A stretch of 64,000 nucleotides of DNA. Origin: an uncultured Selenomonadales bacterium (GTDB taxonomy: Bacteria > Bacillota > Negativicutes > Acidaminococcales > Acidaminococcaceae). The stretch covers positions 151,701-215,700 of the forward strand of contig ONAN01000002.1 of NCBI GenBank assembly GCA_900315805.1, in the 5' to 3' direction. The notes beneath the pieces are model-generated. The model searched no databases and was not told the origin of the DNA. It saw only the letters and a program-made list of their open reading frames with translations. Made by a program: the position numbers and the translations under genes. Positions 1-8,809 of the stretch are shown in pieces; within the stretch, counting starts at the first letter, position 1, and every line of letters begins with the position of its first letter.

Positions 1-63
1 CCGCAGGCAGACGCATTTGCCGGACGGAATTCCCTATACATCCGCGGAAGGCGGATGGAATGA
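1..63 (+). CDS. Possible 3' end of an upstream gene (partial)
   Basis: Frame 1 is open from base 1 to TGA at 61-63 (PQADAFAGRNSLYIRGRRME*), directly before the ompH RBS; too short to identify. Confidence 0.25.
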   Translation, partial: PQADAFAGRNSLYIRGRRME

Positions 64-83
64 AAGGATAGGTAATTGCTATT

Positions 84-581
84 ATGATGGAAAAATTGCG
101 TAACCCGAAGAATGTGAAGACGATTTCGCTGGTCATCGCGGCCATTTTCGTCATCGGCTGCTTCACCATCGCGCTGACTGCCGGTGGTTTCAGCAATCTG
201 GGCGGCGTGGCCAGTGCCGCGGGCAGTGACTCCGCGATCGGCGTCGTCAATTACCAGGTGCTCGTGTCCCAGTCCCCGAAGCTGGACGAAGTGCGCACGG
301 CCATGCAGAAGGAAGTGCAGGCTACCCGCGACGAGTTCAACGAGAAGAGCAAGAACATGAACAACGAGGAGAAGGACCGCTACTACCAGCAGCTGCAGCA
401 GCGCCTGGGCAATAAGCAGAATGAACTGATGGAACCCCTGCTGAAGCAGATCAACGATGCCATCAGCAAAGTGGCGGAAAAGAAGGGCCTGAAGGTAGTC
501 GTCGACAAGAGCTCCGTCATTTACGGCGGTGCGGACATCACGGACGAAGTGGCCCGCTCCCTGCAGAGTGCAAAGAAATAA
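84..581 (+). CDS. ompH: OmpH/Skp family outer-membrane chaperone, paralog 1 (N-terminal hydrophobic anchor)
   Basis: Skp pattern: IGVVNYQVLV, coiled coil, then IXXVAEKKGLKVVVDKSSVIYGGADITDEV; lies ahead of lpxD. Confidence 0.85.
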   Translation: MMEKLRNPKNVKTISLVIAAIFVIGCFTIALTAGGFSNLGGVASAAGSDSAIGVVNYQVLVSQSPKLDEVRTAMQKEVQATRDEFNEKSKNMNNEEKDRYYQQLQQRLGNKQNELMEPLLKQINDAISKVAEKKGLKVVVDKSSVIYGGADITDEVARSLQSAKK

Positions 582-710
582 CGTTGTTTCGGAATGAGGC
601 TCCCGCCGGGGCCTCGTTTTCCATTCTTATTTTCCGTTCCGTGCGCGGGCTGTCCTGCTGCGCCGCCGCGGAACAGGCCGGAGCGGTCCGACACCGCGGA
701 GGAGGAACAT

Positions 711-1697
711 ATGCGCTGGCTGACGGTCATCCTGCTGCTGGTTGCCCTCGTCTGTTCTTCCTGCGGTTTCCACAAGCAGGGCGGTGCTGAAAAGATTGCC
801 GTCCTGGACTGGAACAAGGTGCTGGAAGCCCATCCGGACCAGGTCCGCCTCAAGCGGATGAAGGAAGAGTACAACCTGCTCCTGAAAAAACGGCAGGAAC
901 AGGAAGCGCGCGGCAAGGTCCAGGTTTCGAGCCTGGCCCGGCTGCACCAGCTTAAGGAAACGAGCCGCCGCAGTTACAAGACGGCGGATTACATGGTACG
1001 CCTTTCGGAGCGCCAGGCCGACGAAGAGCGGCAGCTGGCGGCGAAACAGGCCGCGGCGGCCGAACAGGCCGAGCGCGAACTGGCTTCGGAGCGCCAGGCC
1101 GTGGAGGACAAATATGCCCTGACCATCTTCAACCTGCGCCTGAAACTGGAAGGCCTGAAGCTGAAGAAGGACGAACGGGCCCAGACCAAGGCGGAACTGG
1201 AACGCGTGCTGCTGGCACGGGACAAGGACCGCATGGCTGTGGAAGCGCACAAGCAGGCCCTGGTGGCGGAACGCACACAGGCAGACCGCCAGGCCATGCA
1301 GGACCGCATGGCGGCCTACGCGAAGGAACTGCAGGGCGAACTGGCCGGCGGTTCCGACGAAGCGGCCCGGAAGGACAAGGAACTGTTCCAGAAGGCGCCG
1401 GAATCCCTGCAGGCTCTGCTGGGTTCCGTGGACCGCGAGCTGGATAAACGGCAGCAGGAAATCGAACTGTTGGAAAAATCCATCCAGCAGGATGTCGGCA
1501 GCATTGTCACGAAACTGGCGAAGGAAAAGGGATACACCATCGTGTTCCACAAGTACAAGGCCAACGTTTCCGCCGACGACATCACGCAGCCGGTCATCCG
1601 GGACCTGCAGAAACTGATGCAGCGCCGGAAGCTGGCGGACGGACTCAGTAAAAAGGCGGATGCGAAAGCCGCCGACCGGGGTCAGACCGGAAAATAA
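711..1697 (+). CDS. Long OmpH/Skp-like protein, paralog 2 (about 328 aa, probable lipoprotein)
   Basis: GGAGG RBS before ATG 711; signal peptide ending CSSC; IAVLDWNKVLEAHP start and LAKEKGYTIVF...DITQPVI end are Skp-type; extended coiled coil. Confidence 0.75.
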   Translation: MRWLTVILLLVALVCSSCGFHKQGGAEKIAVLDWNKVLEAHPDQVRLKRMKEEYNLLLKKRQEQEARGKVQVSSLARLHQLKETSRRSYKTADYMVRLSERQADEERQLAAKQAAAAEQAERELASERQAVEDKYALTIFNLRLKLEGLKLKKDERAQTKAELERVLLARDKDRMAVEAHKQALVAERTQADRQAMQDRMAAYAKELQGELAGGSDEAARKDKELFQKAPESLQALLGSVDRELDKRQQEIELLEKSIQQDVGSIVTKLAKEKGYTIVFHKYKANVSADDITQPVIRDLQKLMQRRKLADGLSKKADAKAADRGQTGK

Positions 1698-1740
1698 GCC
1701 GGAACCCGGAATCAATGAAATCAGGAAGGAAGAAATACCG

Positions 1741-2148
1741 ATGAAGAAATTATTAGCTTGCCTTATGATTGCGTGCTCCCTGCTGGCCTTTGGCTGCACC
1801 AGCCGTAACGCCGCTTTCGGCGTCGTGGATATGCGGAAGGTGGAACAGCAGTCGCCGGCCGTGCAGAACGTGAAGAAGGAGCTGCAGGACAAGTCCAAGA
1901 AGCTCCAGGAAGAAATGAAGAAGGAAAGCGAAGGCAAGAGCCAGGAAGAACAGGACAAGATCGCCCGCGACAAATCCGCCCAGATGCAGGTCGCTTCCTC
2001 GGAAGCCCAGAACAAGCTGAAAGCCAGCCTGGACACGGCCATGCAGGAAGTTTCCAAAGAGAAGAAGCTGAGCGCCATCCTGCTGAAGGATGCCGTTCCT
2101 TCCGGCGGTGTCGACGTGACGGAAGACATCATCGCGAAAATGAAATAA
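1741..2148 (+). CDS. OmpH/Skp-like protein, paralog 3 (probable lipoprotein)
   Basis: ATG 1741 after AGGAAG; lipobox LAFGC; FGVVDMRKV and VSKEKKLSAIL...GGVDVTEDII motifs. Confidence 0.8.
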   Translation: MKKLLACLMIACSLLAFGCTSRNAAFGVVDMRKVEQQSPAVQNVKKELQDKSKKLQEEMKKESEGKSQEEQDKIARDKSAQMQVASSEAQNKLKASLDTAMQEVSKEKKLSAILLKDAVPSGGVDVTEDIIAKMK

Positions 2149-2220
2149 GCCAGAAGGCAAGGGAACAAGTCTTGCGGCAGTTTCCGGCAACCCTTTGTCA
2201 CCGTACCTTTTAGGCAAGCC

Positions 2221-2257
2221 TAAGCGGACGGACCGGGTCGGATCGTCCGCTTATTTT
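2221..2257 (+). terminator. Terminator-like hairpin between the ompH block and lpxD
   Basis: TAAGCGGACG (2221-2230) / CGTCCGCTTA (2244-2253) perfect inverted repeat followed by TTTT, abutting the lpxD RBS. Confidence 0.5.
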
Positions 2258-2271
2258 GGAGGATAGGGAAT

Positions 2272-3318
2272 ATGGAAAAAACATTGCAGGAATTGGCAGC
2301 ATTGCTTCACGGAACGCTCGAAAACGAATCGGACCTGAAGATCACCGGCGTCAACGGCCTGGTGGAAGCGGGACCGACGGAGATTTCCTTTGCCGTGCAG
2401 CCCTATGTGGAGGTGTGCGGGAAAAGCCATGCCGGTGCCATGATCCTGGCGCACGGCGAAGGGGAGTTGAAGGACCGCCCGGTCATCCGGGTGGAGAACC
2501 CCCGCGAAGCCTTTGCGGAACTGCTGGAACTGTTCCGCCCCCGCGAGGAGATGGAACGGGTCATCAGCCCCCTGGCCTATATCGCCGAAGATGCGAAGGT
2601 CGGCAAAAACGTGGCCATCATGCCCTTTGCCGTCATCGATAAAGGCGCCGAGGTCGGAGACAACACGGTCATCTATCCCCATGTCTATGTGGGCCGCCAT
2701 GTCCGTGTGGGTTCGGACTGCATCATTTATCCCAATGTGACCATCCGGGAAAATTGCGTCGTAGGAAACCGGGACATCCTCCAGGCGGGCTGTGTCATCG
2801 GCGGCGACGGCTTCGGCTTCGTCACCATGAACGGCAAACACAACAAGGTGCTGCAGACGGGCAACGTGGTGCTCGGCGACGATGTGGAAGTCGGCTGCAA
2901 CACCTGTATCGACCGCGCGACGGTGGACAGCACCATCGTCGGCAACGGAACGAAGATGGACAACCTGGTCCATCTGGGCCATAACGACGTCGTCGGCGAA
3001 AACAACCTGTTCGTCGCCCTCGTCGGCATTCCCGGCAGCGTCCATATCGGCAACAACAACACCTTCGGCGGCCAGGCCGCCACGGTGGGCCATATCACCA
3101 TCGGCAACAACAATACCTTCGCCGGCCGCTGCGGCGTCATCAACAACGTGGGAGACAACCAGATCCTGGCGGGCTTCCCGTCCATGCCGCATCTGGAATG
3201 GCTGCGCCAGCAGTCCAAGCTGCGCAAGATCACGGAAATCACGAAGAACATGAAGGAACTGAAGAAACAGATGGCGGCTCTCGAAGCGCAGCTGGAATCC
3301 GCCAAAGAGGAAAAATAA
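2272..3318 (+). CDS. lpxD: UDP-3-O-(3-hydroxyacyl)glucosamine N-acyltransferase
   Basis: Hexapeptide repeats; IGGDGFGF, EVGCNTCIDRAT, TKMDNLVHLGHN motifs. Confidence 0.96.
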   Translation: MEKTLQELAALLHGTLENESDLKITGVNGLVEAGPTEISFAVQPYVEVCGKSHAGAMILAHGEGELKDRPVIRVENPREAFAELLELFRPREEMERVISPLAYIAEDAKVGKNVAIMPFAVIDKGAEVGDNTVIYPHVYVGRHVRVGSDCIIYPNVTIRENCVVGNRDILQAGCVIGGDGFGFVTMNGKHNKVLQTGNVVLGDDVEVGCNTCIDRATVDSTIVGNGTKMDNLVHLGHNDVVGENNLFVALVGIPGSVHIGNNNTFGGQAATVGHITIGNNNTFAGRCGVINNVGDNQILAGFPSMPHLEWLRQQSKLRKITEITKNMKELKKQMAALEAQLESAKEEK

Positions 3319-3369
3319 CGAGGAAAAACACGGAGGTTCCCTGCGGGGAATCCCGTCAGGTGTGTGTCT

Positions 3370-4266
3370 ATGTTTGCTTATTATCTGATGAAGCTCATCA
3401 GCAAAATCTTCTGCATCCTGCCGAAGAGCTGGGGGCTTGCCTTCGGGAACTGGCTGGGGCGTTTCGCCCTGCATTTCGTCCCGGAGTGGCGCATGGAAAT
3501 GGCGACGGCCAATGTGCAGGAGTGCCTGGGACTGCCCCGGGAAGAAGCGCGCCGCGTGGCGGTGCAGAGCGTCGTCAAGTTCGGCCGCATGATCATCGAG
3601 GTGCTGCGCTTCCCCCTGCTGAAGAAGCAGGGCATCGATTCCGTCGTCAAGACCGACGGGCTGGAGTACCTGGAAGAAGCCTATGCCCAGGGCAAGGGTG
3701 TCATCATGTGCACGGGCCATTTCGGCAACTGGGAGCTGCTGGGGGCGACGGTCGCCATGCACGGCTATCCCATCCTGAGCATCGCCCGGAAACAGAACAA
3801 CGGCGCCATGGACCGTTTCATCAACGAGTACCGCGAGATGGTGGGCCAGAAAATCGCCTACAACCGCGGCAAGGAAGGCGTCCTCGCCATGGGGCGCTAC
3901 CTGAAGCAGAAACATCTGCTGGGCATCCTGTTCGACCAGGATACGAACGACACGGGCGTAACGCTGGACCTGTTCGGAAAGAAGGTCGTGACGCCCGGCG
4001 GGCCGGCCGTCTTCTCCCGTACCTTCGGGTGCCCGGTCCTGCCCATCTTCATGCATTACGATCCGGACGGATCGTGCCGCGCGAAGATTTATCCGCCTAT
4101 CTACACGGCCAGGACGAAAGACAAAGAGAAGGACCTGTACGATACGACGGCAAAACTGATCGCCATCCTGGAACAGGAAATCCGCAGCAACCCGCCCATG
4201 TGGTTCTGGGTGCACGACCGCTGGAAGGACGGCCGGCAGCGCTTCCGTAAAAAGAAACAGGGCTGA
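3370..4266 (+). CDS. Lipid A late (secondary) acyltransferase, LpxL/HtrB family, copy 1
   Basis: GHFGNWE catalytic HX4E motif, DQD, WFWVHDRWK; alternative GTG start at 3364. Confidence 0.88.
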   Translation: MFAYYLMKLISKIFCILPKSWGLAFGNWLGRFALHFVPEWRMEMATANVQECLGLPREEARRVAVQSVVKFGRMIIEVLRFPLLKKQGIDSVVKTDGLEYLEEAYAQGKGVIMCTGHFGNWELLGATVAMHGYPILSIARKQNNGAMDRFINEYREMVGQKIAYNRGKEGVLAMGRYLKQKHLLGILFDQDTNDTGVTLDLFGKKVVTPGGPAVFSRTFGCPVLPIFMHYDPDGSCRAKIYPPIYTARTKDKEKDLYDTTAKLIAILEQEIRSNPPMWFWVHDRWKDGRQRFRKKKQG

Positions 4267-4317
4267 AGCGGCGGCACAAGACAGATTGTGATTGAAATCA
4301 ATATACGGTAAAGGGGA

Positions 4318-5154
4318 ATGCAAATGCAGAAGCAGACAACACTGGCAGCCTCCATCAGTTACTCCGGTAACGGGCTGCACTCCGGCAAACCCGTCACGAT
4401 GACGCTGAAACCGGCCGCGCCGGATACGGGCATCGTCTTCATCCGGACGGACCTGCCGGATCAACCGGAAATCCACGCGAAGGCCGAACTGGTCACGTCG
4501 ACCCTGCGGGCCACGACGATCAGCGAGAACGGGGCCCAGGTCTTCACGGTGGAACACCTGCTGGCCTCCCTGGCCATGATGCACGTGGACAACTGCCACA
4601 TCGAGATGAACTCGCCGGAACCGCCGGTGGCGGACGGCAGCGGCCTCGTCTTCGCACAGCTGGTCCTCAAGGCCGGCCGCAAGGAACAGGACGCGGAACG
4701 CAAAGTCTACAAGGTGGACCGTGCCTTCAGCGTCTACGACGGGGACAAATACATCGTTATGCTGCCCTATGACGGCGTGCGCATTTCCTTCACGTCCATC
4801 AATCCCCATCCGCTGCTGGGGACGCAGTACAAGGATGTGGAACTGACGGAGGAGTCGTTCCTCAAGGAAATCGCGCCGGCCCGCACCATCGGTTTCATGA
4901 ACGAAGTGGAACAGATGAAGAAGATGGGTCTCGGCCTGGGGGGCAATCTGGAAAACGCCGTCGTCTACGACGACACGAAATGCCTGTCCGTACCCCGGTT
5001 CCCGGACGAATTGGTCCGGCACAAGATTCTCGATGTCCTGGGGGACCTGTTCCTGCTGGGACCCTGGGAGGGCCATGTCATCGCCGTCAAATCGGGACAT
5101 GCCTATAATTCTCAATTAGCGAAACAGATCATTGCATACAGGGAGGGTAAATAA
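4318..5154 (+). CDS. lpxC: UDP-3-O-acyl-N-acetylglucosamine deacetylase
   Basis: GNGLHSG, TVEHLLA and RHKILDVLGDL Zn-binding motifs. Confidence 0.97.
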   Translation: MQMQKQTTLAASISYSGNGLHSGKPVTMTLKPAAPDTGIVFIRTDLPDQPEIHAKAELVTSTLRATTISENGAQVFTVEHLLASLAMMHVDNCHIEMNSPEPPVADGSGLVFAQLVLKAGRKEQDAERKVYKVDRAFSVYDGDKYIVMLPYDGVRISFTSINPHPLLGTQYKDVELTEESFLKEIAPARTIGFMNEVEQMKKMGLGLGGNLENAVVYDDTKCLSVPRFPDELVRHKILDVLGDLFLLGPWEGHVIAVKSGHAYNSQLAKQIIAYREGK

Positions 5155-5598
5155 ATGGCCATTCGTTTGGAAGTCACTGAAATCAAGAAAATCCTGCCGC
5201 ATCGTTTCCCCATGCTCCTCGTGGACCGCATCCTGGACCTGGAGCCGATGAAGTGGGCTGTGGGCGTGAAGAACATCACGCTCAACGAATTGCAGTTTCT
5301 GGGACATTTTCCCGACGAACCGATCATGCCGGGCGTCCTGCTGATTGAAGCCATGGCCCAGGTCGGCGGCGTCGCCATGCTGTATCCTCCGGAAAACCGC
5401 GGCAAAATCGCCGTGTTCGGTAAGATTGACAAGGTGCGCTTCCGCAAACCTGTCATTCCCGGCGACCAGCTCGTGACCCGTGCTGAAGTCGTCAAGATCC
5501 ACGGCACCATGGGCGTCATCCACTGCGAAGGCAAGGTGGACGGCGAAGTGGCCTGCGAATGCGACTGCTTCTTCGCCATCCAGGAAAATAAAAAATAA
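5155..5598 (+). CDS. fabZ: 3-hydroxyacyl-ACP dehydratase
   Basis: LPHRFPMLLVDR, GHFPDEPIMPGVL.IEAMAQ. Confidence 0.97.
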   Translation: MAIRLEVTEIKKILPHRFPMLLVDRILDLEPMKWAVGVKNITLNELQFLGHFPDEPIMPGVLLIEAMAQVGGVAMLYPPENRGKIAVFGKIDKVRFRKPVIPGDQLVTRAEVVKIHGTMGVIHCEGKVDGEVACECDCFFAIQENKK

Positions 5599-5809
5599 AT
5601 TCCTGCCAAATAGAAAGCAATTTTTCGAAAAACAGTCAGGTTGGCATGAAAAATAAACTTAACTTAAATTTTTGCCGGAATAAACCTGAAAAACAGGAAA
5701 AACACAGAGTTAAAACCGGGATGAAAATCTGAATATATTTATAATCACAGGTGGACTATGTGTGTTTTCCACCAGATAACGGACAGAGAACGGCAGGGAG
5801 TGTGACAAA

Positions 5810-6613
5810 ATGGCATCGGTAATTACACCATTGTGTAAAATCCATGATACAGCCATAATCGAAGATGGCGCGGTGATCGGCAAGAATGTGACGATCGGGC
5901 CGTACGCCGTCATCAAACATGATGTGGAACTGGGCGACGGATGCATCGTGGGACCCCACGTGGTCATCCATCCGTACACATATATCGGCAAGGACTGCCG
6001 TTTCTTCCCCGGTGCATCCATCGGCGGGGAACCGCAGGACCTGAAATTCGCGGGCGAGCACAGCTCGACCGTCATCGGGGACCGCTGCACGTTCCGTGAG
6101 TGCTGCACGGTCAGCCGCGCGACGGGCGAAGGCAACGAAACCCGCCTGGGCAACGATATCCTCATGATGGCCTACACCCATGTGGCCCATAACTGCGTTG
6201 TGGGCAACAACGTCATCATGTCCAACGTGGCAACGCTGGCAGGCCATGTGGTCGTCGAAGACCGCGCCATCATCGGCGGTCTGGCGGCGGTGCACCAGTT
6301 CTGCCGCATCGGCCGCAACGCCATGGTAGGCGGCATGAGCCGTATTTCCCAGGACGTTCCGCCGTTCATGCTCGTTTCGGGCGACCCGGCCTTCGTGGCA
6401 GGGCTGAACAGCGTCGGCCTGGCCCGTGCCGGTATGCCGCTGGAAATCCGGTCGCAGCTGAAGAAGGCCTTCCGCATCCTGTACCGCAGCGGCCTGCCGC
6501 TGGAACAGGCAGTGGAGACCATGGAACAGGAACTGGACAGCAGCGAGCCGGTGGAACATCTGATGCGGTTCCTGCGCAACGTGGAACGCGGCATCATCCA
6601 CACCCGTAAATAA
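5810..6613 (+). CDS. lpxA: Acyl-ACP--UDP-N-acetylglucosamine O-acyltransferase
   Basis: Hexapeptide repeats; IGGEPQDLKF, HVAHNC, AVHQFCRIG, QDVPPF. Confidence 0.97.
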   Translation: MASVITPLCKIHDTAIIEDGAVIGKNVTIGPYAVIKHDVELGDGCIVGPHVVIHPYTYIGKDCRFFPGASIGGEPQDLKFAGEHSSTVIGDRCTFRECCTVSRATGEGNETRLGNDILMMAYTHVAHNCVVGNNVIMSNVATLAGHVVVEDRAIIGGLAAVHQFCRIGRNAMVGGMSRISQDVPPFMLVSGDPAFVAGLNSVGLARAGMPLEIRSQLKKAFRILYRSGLPLEQAVETMEQELDSSEPVEHLMRFLRNVERGIIHTRK

Positions 6614-6623
6614 GGAAATTACG

Positions 6624-6660
6624 GAAGGGCAGCGAGTGACAAATCGCTGCCCTTCTTGTT
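6624..6660 (+). terminator. Terminator-like or stabilising hairpin after lpxA
   Basis: 12-bp perfect inverted repeat GAAGGGCAGCGA / TCGCTGCCCTTC followed by TTGTT. Confidence 0.55.
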
Positions 6661-6707
6661 GTACAGGGGAGACCCCTTCGGAGGGAAGCCCCATAGGAGG
6701 AATCAAC

Positions 6708-7514
6708 ATGGAGACCATCGGAATCCTGGCCGGTATCGGCCACCTGCCCGTCGACGTGGCACGGGCGGCCAAGTCCCTGGGTTACCGGATCGTCATCATC
6801 TGCGTCGTCGCCACGCCGGATGAGGAGCTCCAGGGCTGCGCCGACGTCTATTACGAAATCAACCCCGGCAAGGCGGGAAAGATCATTTCCACGCTGAAAA
6901 AGAACGATGTCCGGGAAGTGACCATGATCGGCAAGGTCACGAAGGAAGTGCTGTACCGCAAGGGCGTCGTGCTGCCCGACCTGACGGCCATCCGTGTGCT
7001 GGCTTCCCTGCCGGACCGCAAGGATGACACCATCATGAACGCCATCGTCAAACTGATTGAGGACGCGGGCATGAAGGTCATGGATCAGACGAAACTGATT
7101 CAGCCGCTGCTGCCGCCGCCGGGCGTGCTGACCAAGCGCAAGCCGACGGAAGCGGAATTGAAGGACATGGAATTCGGGTTCCGTATGGCGAAAGAGCTGG
7201 GCCGCCTCGACGTCGGCCAGACCGTCGTCGTGAAGAACCAGGCCGTCATGGCCCTCGAAGCCATCGAAGGCACGGATGCGTGCATCCTGCGCGGCGGCTT
7301 TCTGGGCAAAGGCGGCGTCATCGTGGCCAAAACGGCGAAACCGCAGCAGGACAAGCGTTTCGACGTGCCCGGCTTCGGCCCGGATACGCTGCAGTCCATG
7401 ATTCATGCAGGCGCGACGGGCATCGTCATCGAGGCCGGAAGCACCCTGATCATCGACCGCGAAAAGACCATTGCCATGGCGGATGAACACAACATCACGA
7501 TTCTGGTGAAATAA
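6708..7514 (+). CDS. lpxI: UDP-2,3-diacylglucosamine diphosphatase LpxI
   Basis: GILAGIGHLP start; DVGQTVVV...ALEAIEGTDACI; KTAKPQQDKRFDVP; AGGAGG RBS; sits between lpxA and lpxB. Confidence 0.93.
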   Translation: METIGILAGIGHLPVDVARAAKSLGYRIVIICVVATPDEELQGCADVYYEINPGKAGKIISTLKKNDVREVTMIGKVTKEVLYRKGVVLPDLTAIRVLASLPDRKDDTIMNAIVKLIEDAGMKVMDQTKLIQPLLPPPGVLTKRKPTEAELKDMEFGFRMAKELGRLDVGQTVVVKNQAVMALEAIEGTDACILRGGFLGKGGVIVAKTAKPQQDKRFDVPGFGPDTLQSMIHAGATGIVIEAGSTLIIDREKTIAMADEHNITILVK

Positions 7515-7523
7515 TTGAGGAAT

Positions 7524-7557
7524 AAGACGGCTGAAAGAGCGTTTTCAGTCGTTTTTT
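7524..7557 (+). terminator. Intrinsic terminator after lpxI
   Basis: AAGACGGCTGAAA / TTTCAGTCGTTTT hairpin with T-run; TATAAT follows at 7573-7578 (probable lpxB promoter). Confidence 0.55.
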
Positions 7558-7618
7558 CCGTTTCAATATGATATAATTATTTGGTATTATCTTTAGTAGA
7601 AATGATAATAGGTGGATT

Positions 7619-8776
7619 ATGACTAGAATTATGATTTCCGCCGGGGAAGCGTCGGGCGATCTGCATGCCGGCGCCATCTGCCGGGCCATCCTGAAAATCG
7701 AACCGGATGCCGAAGTGTACGGCATGGGCGGCGACAATCTGCGGGAGGCCGGTGGCGAGGTGATCTTCGACATCAAGGACCACAGCGTCATGGGCTTCGT
7801 GGAAGTGCTGCGCAAACTGCCGGACATCCTGCGGCTGCGCAAGGCGTTCATCCGTCTCATGGAGGAACGCCGTCCCGACGTGCTGCTCACCATCGATTAT
7901 CCGGGTTTCAACATGCGCCTGGCGAAACTGGCCAAAGAACGTCATATTCCGGTCGTGTCCTTCATTCCGCCGTCTGCCTGGGCCTGGCGTCCGAGCCGTG
8001 CGGCGGGCGTCGTGAAGGTCGTCGACAAGATTGCGTCGATCTTCCCCTTCGAATACGACCTGTATAAAAAATACGGCGCGGACATCGAGTTTGTTGGACA
8101 TCCCCTCGTGGACACGGTGCATCCGTCCCTGCCGCGCGAAGAGGCGGAACAATTGGCGGGCAAACGGCCGGGTCATCCGCTCGTCCTGCTCCTGCCGGGC
8201 AGCCGGCCCATGGAAATTCAGCGGCTCCTGCCGGTCATGCTGGGAGCTGCGAAAATCCTCCATGCGCAGCGTCCGGACCTGGATTTCGCCATGCCCCGCG
8301 CTTCCACCATCCCGGAAGCGGAACTGCGCCAGGCTATTGCGGAGACAGGCCTGGACATCCGAATCACGAACGGGCACAATTACGACATCATGTCCGTGGC
8401 CGATTTCGCCATCGCCACGAGCGGCACGGTGACGCTGGAAGCGGCCCTCTGCGACCTGCCCTGCGTCATCCTGTACAAGGCATCGCCGGTCAGCTTCTGG
8501 ATTGCACAGCATGTCGTGGAAATCCCGAACATCGGCCTGCCGAACATCGTGGCGGACCGGCTCATCGAGCCGGAACTGCTCCAGGACGCCTGCACGCCGG
8601 AAACGGTGGCGCGCGTGAGCCTGGAACTGATGGAACCGGCACGATACGCCCAATTGAAACGCGACCTGGCGGAAACCAGGGAGCGGCTGGGAGAACCCGG
8701 CGCCCTGCGCCGCGTGGCCGGTCTGGTCCTGCGCATGGCACACCAGGATAAAACCACCGGCGGGAACGCCCGTTGA
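7619..8776 (+). CDS. lpxB: Lipid-A-disaccharide synthase
   Basis: ISAGEASGDLH, IDYPGFN, FVGHPL, LLPGSR, SGTVTLE motifs. Confidence 0.97.
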   Translation: MTRIMISAGEASGDLHAGAICRAILKIEPDAEVYGMGGDNLREAGGEVIFDIKDHSVMGFVEVLRKLPDILRLRKAFIRLMEERRPDVLLTIDYPGFNMRLAKLAKERHIPVVSFIPPSAWAWRPSRAAGVVKVVDKIASIFPFEYDLYKKYGADIEFVGHPLVDTVHPSLPREEAEQLAGKRPGHPLVLLLPGSRPMEIQRLLPVMLGAAKILHAQRPDLDFAMPRASTIPEAELRQAIAETGLDIRITNGHNYDIMSVADFAIATSGTVTLEAALCDLPCVILYKASPVSFWIAQHVVEIPNIGLPNIVADRLIEPELLQDACTPETVARVSLELMEPARYAQLKRDLAETRERLGEPGALRRVAGLVLRMAHQDKTTGGNAR

Positions 8777-8809
8777 CGAACCCGGCGGAATGCATATCAA
8801 GGAGACCCC

